Shown here one piece after another: positions 28,887-37,693 of a stretch of 64,000 nucleotides of DNA. Source of the stretch: an uncultured Candidatus Saccharibacteria bacterium (GTDB lineage: Bacteria; Patescibacteriota; Saccharimonadia; Saccharimonadales; JAGQNJ01); contig CAZRSX010000001.1 of assembly GCA_964602865.1 (NCBI GenBank), forward strand, positions 153,986 to 217,985, read 5' to 3'. The notes below the pieces were generated by a model. That model saw nothing but the letters and a program-made list of their open reading frames with translations, ran no database searches and was not told where the DNA came from. The stretch's first letter is position 1. Every line of letters starts with the position of its first letter. The position numbers and the translations under genes are program-made.

Positions 28887-29585
28887 ATGGCAACGAAAAC
28901 TATACCAGGGCAAGGGATATTGCCGCTGCATGAGGGGCTAGATAGATACCAGCGTATCGAGGTGCTGGGGATTACCGAGGGCTTTTTGCCAACGACCAAA
29001 GAAGAACAGGTTGAGGCGATGGGGCTTGTTACTTTCAAAGAGAAACCGGGCGGAGCAGCAAAACACCTCGCAGAGGTCGCCATTCATCAAAGTAGAGCTG
29101 ATACAACAGATAATATGCGTGCTCCACGCAAACTAACACGAAGCTACATAGACTGGATGCTTGATGCACAACAAGCAGCAGACGATATGGAAACGCTAAA
29201 AGTTGAACTGAGCCAAGATGTCAATCCACGACTAGCACTGGCAACTGTTGTTGAGTCAACGCAGCCAGGACTGCTACCCTTCTTGCGTTATTTTGACCTA
29301 TCACTACTTCGTCAGTTCAAAAAAATTCAAGCGGTTGGATACGATCCGCAAAAGGTGTCGTATAGACAAGATAACCCAGCCATTATGTATTATCTTGACG
29401 AAGCAGTACAAAGTTGGCGCGTGCAACAAGTGCGTCGTCAGTTACCAGAGGCCGTGAATCACGAAGTGCGTCGTCAAGCATTTTGGCTTGAGCGCCTTGT
29501 AGAGGTGCAAAAACACTTCCCCGCCCTTCGACCAGTCGCTACTGAGGGTATAGACAGGTACCACCAACGAGCTGGGGTCGAGTAA
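28887..29585 (+). CDS. hypothetical protein
   Basis: 232-aa soluble ORF starting 5 nt after the previous gene. No recognisable domain. Confidence 0.4.
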   Translation: MATKTIPGQGILPLHEGLDRYQRIEVLGITEGFLPTTKEEQVEAMGLVTFKEKPGGAAKHLAEVAIHQSRADTTDNMRAPRKLTRSYIDWMLDAQQAADDMETLKVELSQDVNPRLALATVVESTQPGLLPFLRYFDLSLLRQFKKIQAVGYDPQKVSYRQDNPAIMYYLDEAVQSWRVQQVRRQLPEAVNHEVRRQAFWLERLVEVQKHFPALRPVATEGIDRYHQRAGVE

Positions 29586-29591
29586 TACTTT

Positions 29592-30545
29592 ATGGTAGAT
29601 CTACCGAAGCCGTTTTTTGTGTTGGCGCCTATGGATGACGTTACAGACACGGTCTTTCGGCAGCTTGTGGCTGATTGTGCTCGCCCGGATCTGATGTTTA
29701 CCGAGTTTGTGAATGTTGACGGCTTGCAAAGTCCGGGCAGGGAAAACTTGTTACACAAGCTAGCGTTTAGCGCCAAAGAGCAACCCTTAATCGCCCAAAT
29801 CTGGGGTAAAGTCCCCGAAAATTACTACAAAACCACCAAAGAGCTCATTGATATGGGGTTTGCTGGTGTTGATATTAATATGGGGTGCCCGGACAAAGCA
29901 GTCCTCAAAAATGGTTGCTGCGTCGCGCTGGCTGATAATAGGGAACTGGCAGGGGAGATTATCGACGCCGTCCAACGGGCTGCGGGCGATGACTTCCCTG
30001 TTAGCGTTAAAACGCGGCTGGGTAATCGTGAGATTGATCTGTCGTGGCACGAGTTTTTACTGAATAAAAAACTTAACATGTTAACTATCCATGGTCGTAC
30101 AGCCAAAGAAATGTCTAAAGTGCCGGTGCATTGGGACGAAGTCAATAAAATCCGTGAAATGCGCGACAAGCTTTCCCCCACCACGTTATTCGTGGGCAAC
30201 GGCGATATTCTGACGCGGCAACAGGGCCTGGAATTGGCAGAGAAATACCAACTGGACGGTGTCATGATCGGCCGCGGTGTCTTTCATGATCCGTTTGTGT
30301 TTGCCCAAGCTTCACCATGGTCCGGCTATAGCAAACAACAGAAGATTGAACTATATACTCAACACGTTAAGCTTTTTGCTAAAACACGCCCGGACGCGGA
30401 GCGTAAAATTGCCACTCTGGGTAAATTTTGCAAAATCTATATCAACGACTTCCCTGGCGCGAAAGAACTTCGCGAACAGCTCATGAGCGCGCGCAGCATC
30501 GACGAACTACTGAGTTTGCTATACTCGGCAATATCTATAGAATAA
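29592..30545 (+). CDS. dus: tRNA-dihydrouridine synthase
   Basis: FVLAPMDDVTDTVFR, GVDINMGCP (catalytic Cys), and a TIM-barrel Dus pattern (LTIHGRT). Confidence 0.85.
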   Translation: MVDLPKPFFVLAPMDDVTDTVFRQLVADCARPDLMFTEFVNVDGLQSPGRENLLHKLAFSAKEQPLIAQIWGKVPENYYKTTKELIDMGFAGVDINMGCPDKAVLKNGCCVALADNRELAGEIIDAVQRAAGDDFPVSVKTRLGNREIDLSWHEFLLNKKLNMLTIHGRTAKEMSKVPVHWDEVNKIREMRDKLSPTTLFVGNGDILTRQQGLELAEKYQLDGVMIGRGVFHDPFVFAQASPWSGYSKQQKIELYTQHVKLFAKTRPDAERKIATLGKFCKIYINDFPGAKELREQLMSARSIDELLSLLYSAISIE

Positions 30546-30550
30546 ACTTG

Positions 30551-31129
30551 ATGACAAAAGCAATTATATTCGATTTTTATAATGTGATCTCGGCACCATC
30601 TTACTGGTCAATTGTATCCGAGCATATTCCAGAAAGTGAATGGTCTGAATGGGAAAGAATTATGCTTGCGGCTGACAAAAATGACATTTCAGAGTCAACC
30701 TTTCTTCAGTTGTTACAAAAGAAAACAGGACTTGCGCCACAAGAAGCAAAAGCGATAGGGCTCAAAAATAGCGTCATTGATAAAGCAGTTACCGAAATCA
30801 TTCGGCAACTCAAAGCTACCTATCAAATTGGCCTGCTGACCAACGCTGTTGGCGACATGCTTGAGCGAATTTTTGGGGAGCACGACGACTTGGAGGGGTT
30901 TTTTGACGAGCTAGTTATTTCGTCGCACGTTGGTATTGTGAAGCCAGATCCAGCAATCTATGAACTTGCGCTCGAAAAACTGGGTGTCAAACCAAGCGAG
31001 GCACTTTTTATTGATGATAGTCCGCGTAACGTTGCGGCTGCTCAAGCGTTGGGCATGGAGGGTTTACTCTTTGTAAGGGCCGAACAGCTTCGGCAAGATT
31101 TGATGGATCAAGGGCTGCTGCAAACTTAA
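30551..31129 (+). CDS. HAD-superfamily hydrolase (subfamily IA-like)
   Basis: Motif I IIFDFYNVI (DxY variant), LLTNA, and motif IV LFIDDSPRNVAAAQALGM. The ATG at 30551 is used because the ORF-track start at 30428 lies inside dus. Confidence 0.7.
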   Translation: MTKAIIFDFYNVISAPSYWSIVSEHIPESEWSEWERIMLAADKNDISESTFLQLLQKKTGLAPQEAKAIGLKNSVIDKAVTEIIRQLKATYQIGLLTNAVGDMLERIFGEHDDLEGFFDELVISSHVGIVKPDPAIYELALEKLGVKPSEALFIDDSPRNVAAAQALGMEGLLFVRAEQLRQDLMDQGLLQT

Positions 31130-31446
31130 GAATAGCGAGCACCCCACTGTGCCATTTGTTCGAGCACGGCCTGCAGCTCGCTGCCTTTTTTCGTCAGCAC
31201 GTAATGATAGCGCGGCGGCCGTTCGCAGTAGAGGCGTTTGGTTATAATTTGCTGGCGTTCCAGTTTGTCCAGCCGTTGGCTCAGGGTACGCGGGCTGATG
31301 CCAACCAGAGATTTTTCTAGCTCGCCAAAAGAGGATCCTTGAACCGTCAGGTCGCGGATAATCAGGGGAGTCCACTTATCGCCAATAATAGATAAAGTGC
31401 ACTCGATACAGCCGGGTTTTGTAATACTCGTTGCCATAGGCACCAT
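31126..31446 (-). CDS. HxlR-family winged-helix transcriptional regulator
   Basis: CIECTLSIIGDKWTPLIIRDL...LEKSLVGISPRTLSQRLDKLERQQII...YVLTKKG. It is divergent from an FMN reductase gene, a typical pairing. Confidence 0.8.
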   Translation of the reverse strand: MVPMATSITKPGCIECTLSIIGDKWTPLIIRDLTVQGSSFGELEKSLVGISPRTLSQRLDKLERQQIITKRLYCERPPRYHYVLTKKGSELQAVLEQMAQWGARYS

Positions 31447-31526
31447 TGTAGCAAGAAGGCTTTACAAAATATAGTTAGTGACTATACTAAGTAAAGTAAA
31501 TAAAAAACGAAGGAGTATGCTACTTT

Positions 31527-32087
31527 ATGACAAAACCGCACATACAAATAATCGTTGGCACGACCCGCCCGAATCGTGTCGGGCGCACTATCGCCGATTG
31601 GGTGCTCACTCAAACCAAAAATCGTGATGACATGACTTTTGAGATTGTGGATTTGGCCGAAGTTAACTTGCCGCTCTACGATGAACCGCGCTCCGCGATG
31701 GTGAATGACTACGAACACGAGCACACCAAGAAGTGGTCGGAAACCATCAAAAAAGCTGACGGGTATATATGGGTGAGCGCAGAATACAATCACGCTGTTC
31801 CGCCAAGCCTGACGAACGCTATCGCATATCTCAACCACGAATGGAAGCACAAACCTGTTGCTTTTGTTGGCTACGGCGGCCTTGGCGCGGCGCGAGCCGT
31901 TGAGCAGCTTATCTCTATTGCCAACGAGCTCAGAATGGTTTCAATTCGTGACCGAGTGCACATTGTTGATGTGTGGTCGGCAATTGATGAAGACGGCAAT
32001 GTTAAGCCGGAGTTTGTCAAGAATGACCCCCAGACTATGCTGGACGAATTGTCGTGGTGGGCAAACAGACTACAAGACCAGGCCTAA
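31527..32087 (+). CDS. NAD(P)H-dependent FMN reductase family oxidoreductase
   Basis: The flavodoxin-like N-terminus IQIIVGTTRPNRVGRTIADWV and SAEYNHAVPPSLTNAI are typical of FMN_red. Confidence 0.8.
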   Translation: MTKPHIQIIVGTTRPNRVGRTIADWVLTQTKNRDDMTFEIVDLAEVNLPLYDEPRSAMVNDYEHEHTKKWSETIKKADGYIWVSAEYNHAVPPSLTNAIAYLNHEWKHKPVAFVGYGGLGAARAVEQLISIANELRMVSIRDRVHIVDVWSAIDEDGNVKPEFVKNDPQTMLDELSWWANRLQDQA

Positions 32088-32109
32088 AATTGCTGTATAA
32101 TGAGGGTTC

Positions 32110-33063
32110 ATGATTCACGCCCAACACCTTCGTAAAACGTATCGCAAAAAAGTTGCGGTTGATGACATATCGTTTGAGATACAAACCGGCAAAGTCACCG
32201 GTTTTTTGGGGCCAAATGGTGCCGGCAAATCGACCACCATGCGCTTGATGCTTGGCTTGGATAACGGCGCTGGACAGACCACGTTTGACGGCAAAGCCTT
32301 GCATGAATTTAGCCGGCCGTCGCAAGTTGTGGGCATTTTGCTGGAAGCCAAAGCCTTTCATCCCACCCGCAGTGCTCGCAGTCATTTGCGCATTTTGGCA
32401 GAGGCTGGCAGCGTGCCATTGCAACGTGTTGATGAGGTGCTCGACATCGTCGGCCTCAGTGACGTAGCCAAAAAAGGTCCGGGCAAGTTTAGCCTCGGCA
32501 TGAGCCAGCGGCTTGGTATCGCCGCCGCGATTTTAGGCAAACCAAAATACCTGTTGCTTGATGAGCCGGCCAACGGACTTGATCCCGAAGGCATCTCGTG
32601 GCTTCGGCAGTTTATCAAGGATTATGCGGCCAAAGGTAACGCGGTCTTTGTATCGAGCCACTTACTGAGTGAAATGGCGCTGATGGCTGACGATGTGGTG
32701 GTCATCGGCAAGGGTAAACTTATCGCCAGTACGTCTATCAAAGCACTGGTGTCAGGCAACGGCCAGTCGAGCGTGTTCGTGCGAGCCAGCAATACCAAGA
32801 AGCTCGAGACGGTCTTGGCCAGCGCGAAACTGTCGTTTGAGAAACTTGACGGCGGCCTAAAGGTCGTTGGTGTCAAAACAGATAAGATTGGCCAGCTGGC
32901 GCATAAAAACGGTCTGGCTATTTTGGAGCTGGCACCACACAATGCCTCACTCGAAGACGCCTTTTTGGAGCTGACGGCTGGTGCACAAGAATATAAAGCC
33001 CACTCAGAAAACCATTCCGAAAAAGACGGTGAAAGATCGAGCAAGAAAGGCGGTGCAGCATGA
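32110..33063 (+). CDS. ABC transporter ATP-binding protein
   Basis: Walker A GPNGAGKST, signature FSLGMSQRL, Walker B LLLDEPANGLD. Confidence 0.9.
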   Translation: MIHAQHLRKTYRKKVAVDDISFEIQTGKVTGFLGPNGAGKSTTMRLMLGLDNGAGQTTFDGKALHEFSRPSQVVGILLEAKAFHPTRSARSHLRILAEAGSVPLQRVDEVLDIVGLSDVAKKGPGKFSLGMSQRLGIAAAILGKPKYLLLDEPANGLDPEGISWLRQFIKDYAAKGNAVFVSSHLLSEMALMADDVVVIGKGKLIASTSIKALVSGNGQSSVFVRASNTKKLETVLASAKLSFEKLDGGLKVVGVKTDKIGQLAHKNGLAILELAPHNASLEDAFLELTAGAQEYKAHSENHSEKDGERSSKKGGAA

Positions 33064-33809
33064 TCGCGTCTATAAAAGCCGAAGTCCGCAAGTTGCTCAC
33101 CGTCCGCTCTACCTATGTCATTGCGGGCATTACGCTGGCGCTCACGGCACTAGTGGCATTTTACTTTGAAGGTTACCGGGGTAACACTGGCTCGGCGGCG
33201 TCAATGCTCGAGCCGACGGCTCTGAAAGAAATCGTGGGTAATATTGCCGGATTGGGCGCGTTTTTTGTCAGCATCATCGCTGTGTTATTTATGGGGCATG
33301 AGTATCGGTACAACACCATTATGTATACCCTGACTGCGAATGCGTCGCGCACCCAAGTGTACGCCGCAAAGGTGCTGGTCATGTCGGCATTCTCAGTGCT
33401 GTTTGGTCTCGTTGTGGTGCTGTTCGGCCTGGGTTCGTACATGCTTGGCCTCAACCTTCGTGATGCAACCCTGCCAGCGCAGGATATCGAATTGCTGGCT
33501 CAGCTGGGCAAGGTGATGTTCTACTACGTTGGCTACGGCCTGGTTGGTCTGCTGATAACCGTGGTGGTGCGTAGTATCGTTGCGGCTATCGCAGTGCTTT
33601 TTATTGTGCCGATTACAGTCGAACCGCTGCTTGGCCTGGTGCTGAAAGAAGACGCAGCCTACCTACCGTTTGCAGCACTCGATAACGTGATGGGTGCAGC
33701 CTTGATTGGCGGCATCACACCGGCCAGGGCTATGGCCGTATCAGCGTTGTATCTGGCTGCTGGCGTGATCATTGTGTGGCTTTTGTTTGTCCGTCGCGAC
33801 GCGAATTAG
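33060..33809 (+). CDS. ABC-2 family permease
   Basis: 249 aa with 6 predicted TM helices. The start overlaps the ATPase stop (ATGA). Confidence 0.65.
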   Translation: MIASIKAEVRKLLTVRSTYVIAGITLALTALVAFYFEGYRGNTGSAASMLEPTALKEIVGNIAGLGAFFVSIIAVLFMGHEYRYNTIMYTLTANASRTQVYAAKVLVMSAFSVLFGLVVVLFGLGSYMLGLNLRDATLPAQDIELLAQLGKVMFYYVGYGLVGLLITVVVRSIVAAIAVLFIVPITVEPLLGLVLKEDAAYLPFAALDNVMGAALIGGITPARAMAVSALYLAAGVIIVWLLFVRRDAN

Positions 33810-33880
33810 ACCAGACTCTTACACAACCAACAACTTTTCTGCTATACTCCCCCTGTTAGCTTGCGATTTGCGGCTTAATC

Positions 33881-33998
33881 CAAAATTACAATCCAAGGAG
33901 CGTCAGCGACTGAATGTAATTTTGAGAGGAGATGGCTGGTTTTGATAAGCACCTTTGTCGAGCAAACTTGTTTTGTTGGCAAATAGCTTATCAAAACC
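33881..33998 (+). other. two long perfect hairpins in the region upstream of a tRNA gene
   Basis: H1 is CAAAATTACA (33881-33890) paired with TGTAATTTTG (33915-33924). H2 is GGTTTTGATAAGC (33938-33950) paired with GCTTATCAAAACC (33986-33998). A TTACAC-18-TATACT promoter-like pair ends at 33848. Confidence 0.5.
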
Positions 33999-34015
33999 TT
34001 ACACATCGACGACGA

Positions 34016-34091
34016 GGGGGTGTAGCTCAGTGGTTAGAGCAGTCGGCTCATAACCGATTGGTCGAAGGTTCAATTCCTTCCACCCCCACCA
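34016..34091 (+). tRNA. tRNA with CAU anticodon, tRNA-Ile2 (lysidine-dependent)-like, CCA encoded
   Basis: 76-nt cloverleaf: GGGGGTG/CACCCCC acceptor, GCTC/GAGC D-stem, GTCGG-CTCATAA-CCGAT anticodon arm, GAAGG-TTCAATT-CCTTC T-arm. The body resembles E. coli ileX and B. subtilis tRNA-Ile(CAU) as I recall them. Confidence 0.85.
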
Positions 34092-34113
34092 CGGATTACG
34101 GTAAAATATTGTC

Positions 34114-34392
34114 ATGAGCAACACAGATCCAACGCTAAATGCCCCAAAGCCCCGTTTAGATTTTGAGGACTCTGCCGTCAGAGATGAGCTGAGAGAAATG
34201 TCACAGATCGCTACTCAACCAGGCGTCCTTTTTGGGCGTGATTTTGACTTTACTCCAGAAAGACGTGAATTGGCACAGGGCGTAGTCAATGCCGCGAGAG
34301 AAAAATTACAGCCACCTATTGAAGCCAATAAAGATGAATGGGACAAACTACACGACCTACTCAAGAAGGTAGTGATAAAGGTGCAATACTAA
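34114..34392 (+). CDS. hypothetical protein (92 aa)
   Basis: ORF only. It overlaps the next ORF by 55 nt in a different frame. Confidence 0.3.
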   Translation: MSNTDPTLNAPKPRLDFEDSAVRDELREMSQIATQPGVLFGRDFDFTPERRELAQGVVNAAREKLQPPIEANKDEWDKLHDLLKKVVIKVQY

Positions 34393-34658
34393 GCTTTACA
34401 ACGCATGAAGGAACTTTTGTGCCCACTTGGTGTATTGACGGTGGTTCCGGCGTTCCGGTTCATAAAGCTCGTTCGGCAGAAGGACAGGCTCAGATTGCAG
34501 TTTCGTCTGAACTTTTTAGGTTGTTTGATTGGGTAAAAACAGTTGATGCACTTGAGCAAGCAGTTAACTCATCCGATGAACTACTAAAAGGCAGAAGCAC
34601 AAAGCAATTAGGGGTACCTCTTGGTCGACTCTCACTTCTACTTGTCTCTCCACGCTAG
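34338..34658 (+). CDS. hypothetical protein (106 aa), or the 3' part of a frameshifted gene
   Basis: ORF only. See the finding on the 34338-34392 overlap. Confidence 0.3.
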   Translation: MGQTTRPTQEGSDKGAILSFTTHEGTFVPTWCIDGGSGVPVHKARSAEGQAQIAVSSELFRLFDWVKTVDALEQAVNSSDELLKGRSTKQLGVPLGRLSLLLVSPR

Positions 34659-34732
34659 TATTTATTCAGGGTTACTTCAAACACTTTCGTTTTTACCTTC
34701 TCAGCATCTAAAGAACGTAGGCGGCCTCTCGT

Positions 34733-35872
34733 TTAATCCGCGCCAGAAAGTAGCGCTTCTTGGAACGCTCGGCCAAGTTTATCGGTGTCTGTTGTTGCGC
34801 CGCCGGCAATACGGATACAAGGGTAGTGAGCATCCGGTAGAATACGCGTTTTATCGAAGCCAAAACTCTGGCCCAACTCACATTCATCTTGTATAACTGG
34901 GTGTTGCCACAACTGTTCGGTTGCGTCGAACTGGTCGTTATTGCCAACGCACTGCAAAAAGAATACCGGAGTGAGGCCATCTGGAAATGATTGGGCGGCA
35001 AGCTCCGCATTTGAATGAGTAGGCAGCGCGGGGTGTGACACGACGTATTCCGTACTGCCAGCGCCAAAAGCCGCAATCGCTAACTGGGCAGTATGAGCAA
35101 AAATTGCCCGGTTGCGCCGATGAAACGTATCCCGAGAATCCGGCAACAACTCCTGGATGCGGTCTATGGCTGCGACGTTGGGTGTCGAGCCGGTCGTACG
35201 GCGATACTCACGAACCCGGCGGATTGTCTCGGCATTTTTACCATACACGAAGCCACACAATTCCTGGTTAAACGTATACGATTTTGTGCCGCTTTCGACT
35301 GCAACGACATGTGGGTGGGCTGCCAGCACATCGCCCAGCGGCAAGCCGGTTGATAGAGGCAGGGTGTTATCCAGGATAACGTTTGCTCCCGACTGCTTGA
35401 GGCTTGGCAGTTGTAGGAATGCTTCCAGATCGAGCACTGGCACGTCCGGGCCGTTGCCAACTGTTTCGGTAATGATAACGTCGGGGCGGTGTTTTTGCAG
35501 GATCCGGTCAATGCTTTTGACAGAGCCTGAGTCAAACCGCACTGTTTTAACGCCGCGCGGCGGCAAGTACTCACTGATGTATCGTACGGTTTGGCTGTAG
35601 CCTTGCTCGGGAAACGCAATAACTGATCCACCGTCCAAACACGTTTCAACTGCAGCCGTTACCGCAGCCATACCGCTGTTGCACAAAACCAGTTCATCGG
35701 CTTGCACCTTGACAAGTTCGGCAATTGAGGCCTCGGTCGCCGAGAGTTGCCTGGTGCCGTCGCGCGGGTACAAGTCAACAGCCGCGAAGTTATTCTTTGC
35801 TGTAAGCGCCTCGCGCAATTCGCCGGTGGTCTCAAAAGCGGGCACCACGCTAGCTGTTACAATATCTGACAT
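34733..35872 (-). CDS. PLP-dependent trans-sulfuration family enzyme (cystathionine gamma-synthase / O-acylhomoserine sulfhydrylase-like)
   Basis: CNSGMAAVTAAV, VILDNTLP and AVESGTKSY (PLP-lysine context) follow the Cys/Met-metabolism PLP family pattern. The start at MSDIV (35872) is preceded by AGAAAGGA. Confidence 0.75.
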   Translation of the reverse strand: MSDIVTASVVPAFETTGELREALTAKNNFAAVDLYPRDGTRQLSATEASIAELVKVQADELVLCNSGMAAVTAAVETCLDGGSVIAFPEQGYSQTVRYISEYLPPRGVKTVRFDSGSVKSIDRILQKHRPDVIITETVGNGPDVPVLDLEAFLQLPSLKQSGANVILDNTLPLSTGLPLGDVLAAHPHVVAVESGTKSYTFNQELCGFVYGKNAETIRRVREYRRTTGSTPNVAAIDRIQELLPDSRDTFHRRNRAIFAHTAQLAIAAFGAGSTEYVVSHPALPTHSNAELAAQSFPDGLTPVFFLQCVGNNDQFDATEQLWQHPVIQDECELGQSFGFDKTRILPDAHYPCIRIAGGATTDTDKLGRAFQEALLSGAD

Positions 35873-35907
35873 AAAAAATCCTTTCTGCCAATATGGTCGA
35901 GAAAGGA
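35873..35907 (-). terminator. terminator / SD-sequestering hairpin abutting the start codon
   Basis: On the minus-strand RNA, UCCUUUCU pairs with AGAAAGGA (8 bp, 13-nt loop), followed by UUUUUU and then AUG. The 3' arm contains the SD. Confidence 0.5.
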
Positions 35908-35919
35908 TGCATGCAAACG

Positions 35920-36040
35920 CTAAAAACATCTGTCCCTAACCAACTGGCTGGGCTCGATGGAGCACCTTATTTGCAATATACAAACAGGTTGCCGACGGAT
36001 CAACAAGCGAGATCTCTCCCCGTACTCTTTATACTTTTAG
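35920..36040 (-). promoter_or_regulatory. candidate SAM-I (S-box)-like riboswitch aptamer
   Basis: 121 nt closed by a 10-bp helix (CUAAAAGUAU / AUGUUUUUAG). The strings AAAGAG, GGCAACC and AAGGUGCU occur in the order expected for the SAM-I core, and three internal hairpins suggest a four-way junction. It lies upstream of a Cys/Met-metabolism gene. Confidence 0.4.
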
Positions 36041-36148
36041 GTTATTAAGGTACTTTAGATAGTAGCACACGATTGTTTTGCCGTGCAAACATGTTTCATA
36101 TTGCGTTCTTGCTCATGCTTGCGTTTTACATGTAATCAATGTGAAAAT

Positions 36149-36601
36149 ATGGCTATGTCTACCCCAGAAAAAGACTACCTCGATACAGTAGGCGAGGGAC
36201 AGCAGGAGAAATTGCGAGCGATACTTTTGACTTGGCGTGGGCTAGGCGTTGTTGGCTGTCGTGATTGCCAAGTCCCAAGTTGCACAGCTCCAGCCCTGGA
36301 CGGTGACCATGATGAGTTTGGGACGGGAGTAAGTCTCGGGCGGCTCACTCATTATGCGATTGAGCTAAATGCTTTAAAAAGACCAGAAGATAGGGGTATC
36401 AAGGAAAACAGCCAACAACTTAACGAGTTTGACGAACGCACACTGTTTGACATCGCAATGAGGATTGGACTGCCAGAAGAAAGCTTCGGAGCCCTAAGCA
36501 ATGCTTTTCAATCTTGTATAGCTTGCCCAAACGCAATAACTTGCGTTGGCGAAACACCTTCTTTTGAAGAAGCAGTCGCTATTCTTGAAGCTGAACAGTA
36601 G
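36149..36601 (+). CDS. hypothetical Cys-containing protein
   Basis: 150 aa from MAMSTPEK. Cys clusters occur at GCRDCQVPSC and SCIACPNAITC. No recognised family. Confidence 0.4.
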   Translation: MAMSTPEKDYLDTVGEGQQEKLRAILLTWRGLGVVGCRDCQVPSCTAPALDGDHDEFGTGVSLGRLTHYAIELNALKRPEDRGIKENSQQLNEFDERTLFDIAMRIGLPEESFGALSNAFQSCIACPNAITCVGETPSFEEAVAILEAEQ

Positions 36602-36669
36602 GGTTAAACTCCACTACTTAGATTTTGCTCATGCTTGCGTTGCAAGTCTGATTTTGCGACAGTTACTGC

Positions 36670-37181
36670 ATGACAACACCTGAAGCAGAACCGTTGACCG
36701 TTGGATATTTATTTGACGGCTACTTTGATACGACGCAAGGCGTGCCAAATTACGTGGACACCCTGGGCGACTACATGCGAGAGCAGGGTCACGAGATACG
36801 CCACATTGTTGGCGGTAGCCAACAGGTTGAGCCGCACATCTCGGTAATCGGTAGAACTTTGCTTCGGCCGATCTAGCTGTTTTTCCGGCCACTGGTGGCG
36901 AGAGTTTTGGTATTGTGCTTGCCGAAGCAATGGCGGCTCGCGCCGGTGTGGTTATTGGCGGTGATAATCCAGGATATCGAAGTGTGTTGGGTGATACGCC
37001 AGAACTTATTGTCGACCCGAACAACAGAGCTGAATTTGCAGCGCTTATACGGGAACTTGCTGCCAGCGAAACTGAACGAAGCAAGCTTCACGCTGTGCAA
37101 CAAAACTCTGTGAAGAAGTTTGATATCAAAGTCGTCGGCGCACAGATAGAAGACATATATCGAGCAGCTCTGGTACAATAA
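36670..37181 (+). pseudogene. GT4/GT1-family glycosyltransferase remnant with a large internal deletion and frame change
   Basis: The N-terminal piece (36670-36876) is LTVGYLFDGYFDTTQGVPNYVDTLGDYMREQGHEI. The C-terminal piece, in another frame from 36855, is ADLAVFPATGGESFGIVLAEAMAARAGVVIGGDNPGY...(EX7E region). About 250 aa of a normal enzyme are missing. Confidence 0.7.
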
Positions 37182-37192
37182 CAGTACCGTCT

Positions 37193-37651
37193 ATGTACGA
37201 AAAAATAAAAACAATTGTCATTGACTATCTCAAATCGCTGACCGACATACGCGTGCTTGGTCAGACGGTGTTTGTGATTATCGTGTTGCTCACGAGCTGG
37301 AGCGGTATCAAGGCCATTCAGACCAACTATGAATTACAAAAGAAGATTGTTCGTTTGGAGCAACAAGTAGAAATAGCCGAGCTCGAAAACCGAAACCTCG
37401 AACTTTCAAATAAATACCTCGAAACCGATCAATTCCTGGAACTATCGGTGCGCCGCCAATTTGGCAAGGCTGCGCCGGGCGAGAGAATCTACATCGTGCC
37501 AAAAGATGTTGCGCTCAAGTACGCCCCAGAACTGCCCAACCAAGACACGGGCAAAAAAGACCAAACTGCCAAGCCATGGTATCAGCAAAACCTCGAAGCC
37601 TGGCTGAACTTCTTCTTCCGCGAATCAAACAACAAACTCCTGGAAAGCTAA
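37193..37651 (+). CDS. septum formation initiator family protein (FtsB/DivIC-like)
   Basis: A single TM and a coiled coil (LQKKIVRLEQQVEIAELENRNLELSNKYL), followed by ELSVRRQFGKAAPGERIYIV, typical of DivIC/FtsB. Confidence 0.6.
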   Translation: MYEKIKTIVIDYLKSLTDIRVLGQTVFVIIVLLTSWSGIKAIQTNYELQKKIVRLEQQVEIAELENRNLELSNKYLETDQFLELSVRRQFGKAAPGERIYIVPKDVALKYAPELPNQDTGKKDQTAKPWYQQNLEAWLNFFFRESNNKLLES

Positions 37652-37693
37652 TAAAACACAAGCTGGCTCCAAGCTCGGCTATAATACGTAGCC

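Noticed and set aside
30551-30580. HAD motif I with Tyr in place of the second Asp (FDFYNV), as a possibly inactive enzyme
   Set aside because: DxY is the normal variant in the haloacid-dehalogenase-type HAD subfamily, so it is not anomalous.
33932-34117. 61-aa ORF in the track preceded by GAGAGGAG
   Set aside because: It reads straight through the tRNA gene at 34016-34091, and the SD-like string directly abuts the ATG with no spacing. I treat it as spurious.
35873-35929. N-terminal extension MFLAFACILSRPYWQKGFF of the PLP enzyme (ORF-track start at 35929)
   Set aside because: The extension lies inside the structured leader and terminator hairpin. The internal ATG at 35872 has an SD (AGAAAGGA) and gives a normal N-terminus.
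36629-37178. Minus-strand ORFs of 151, 73 and 101 aa
   Set aside because: They are antisense to the glycosyltransferase remnant and have no recognisable features.
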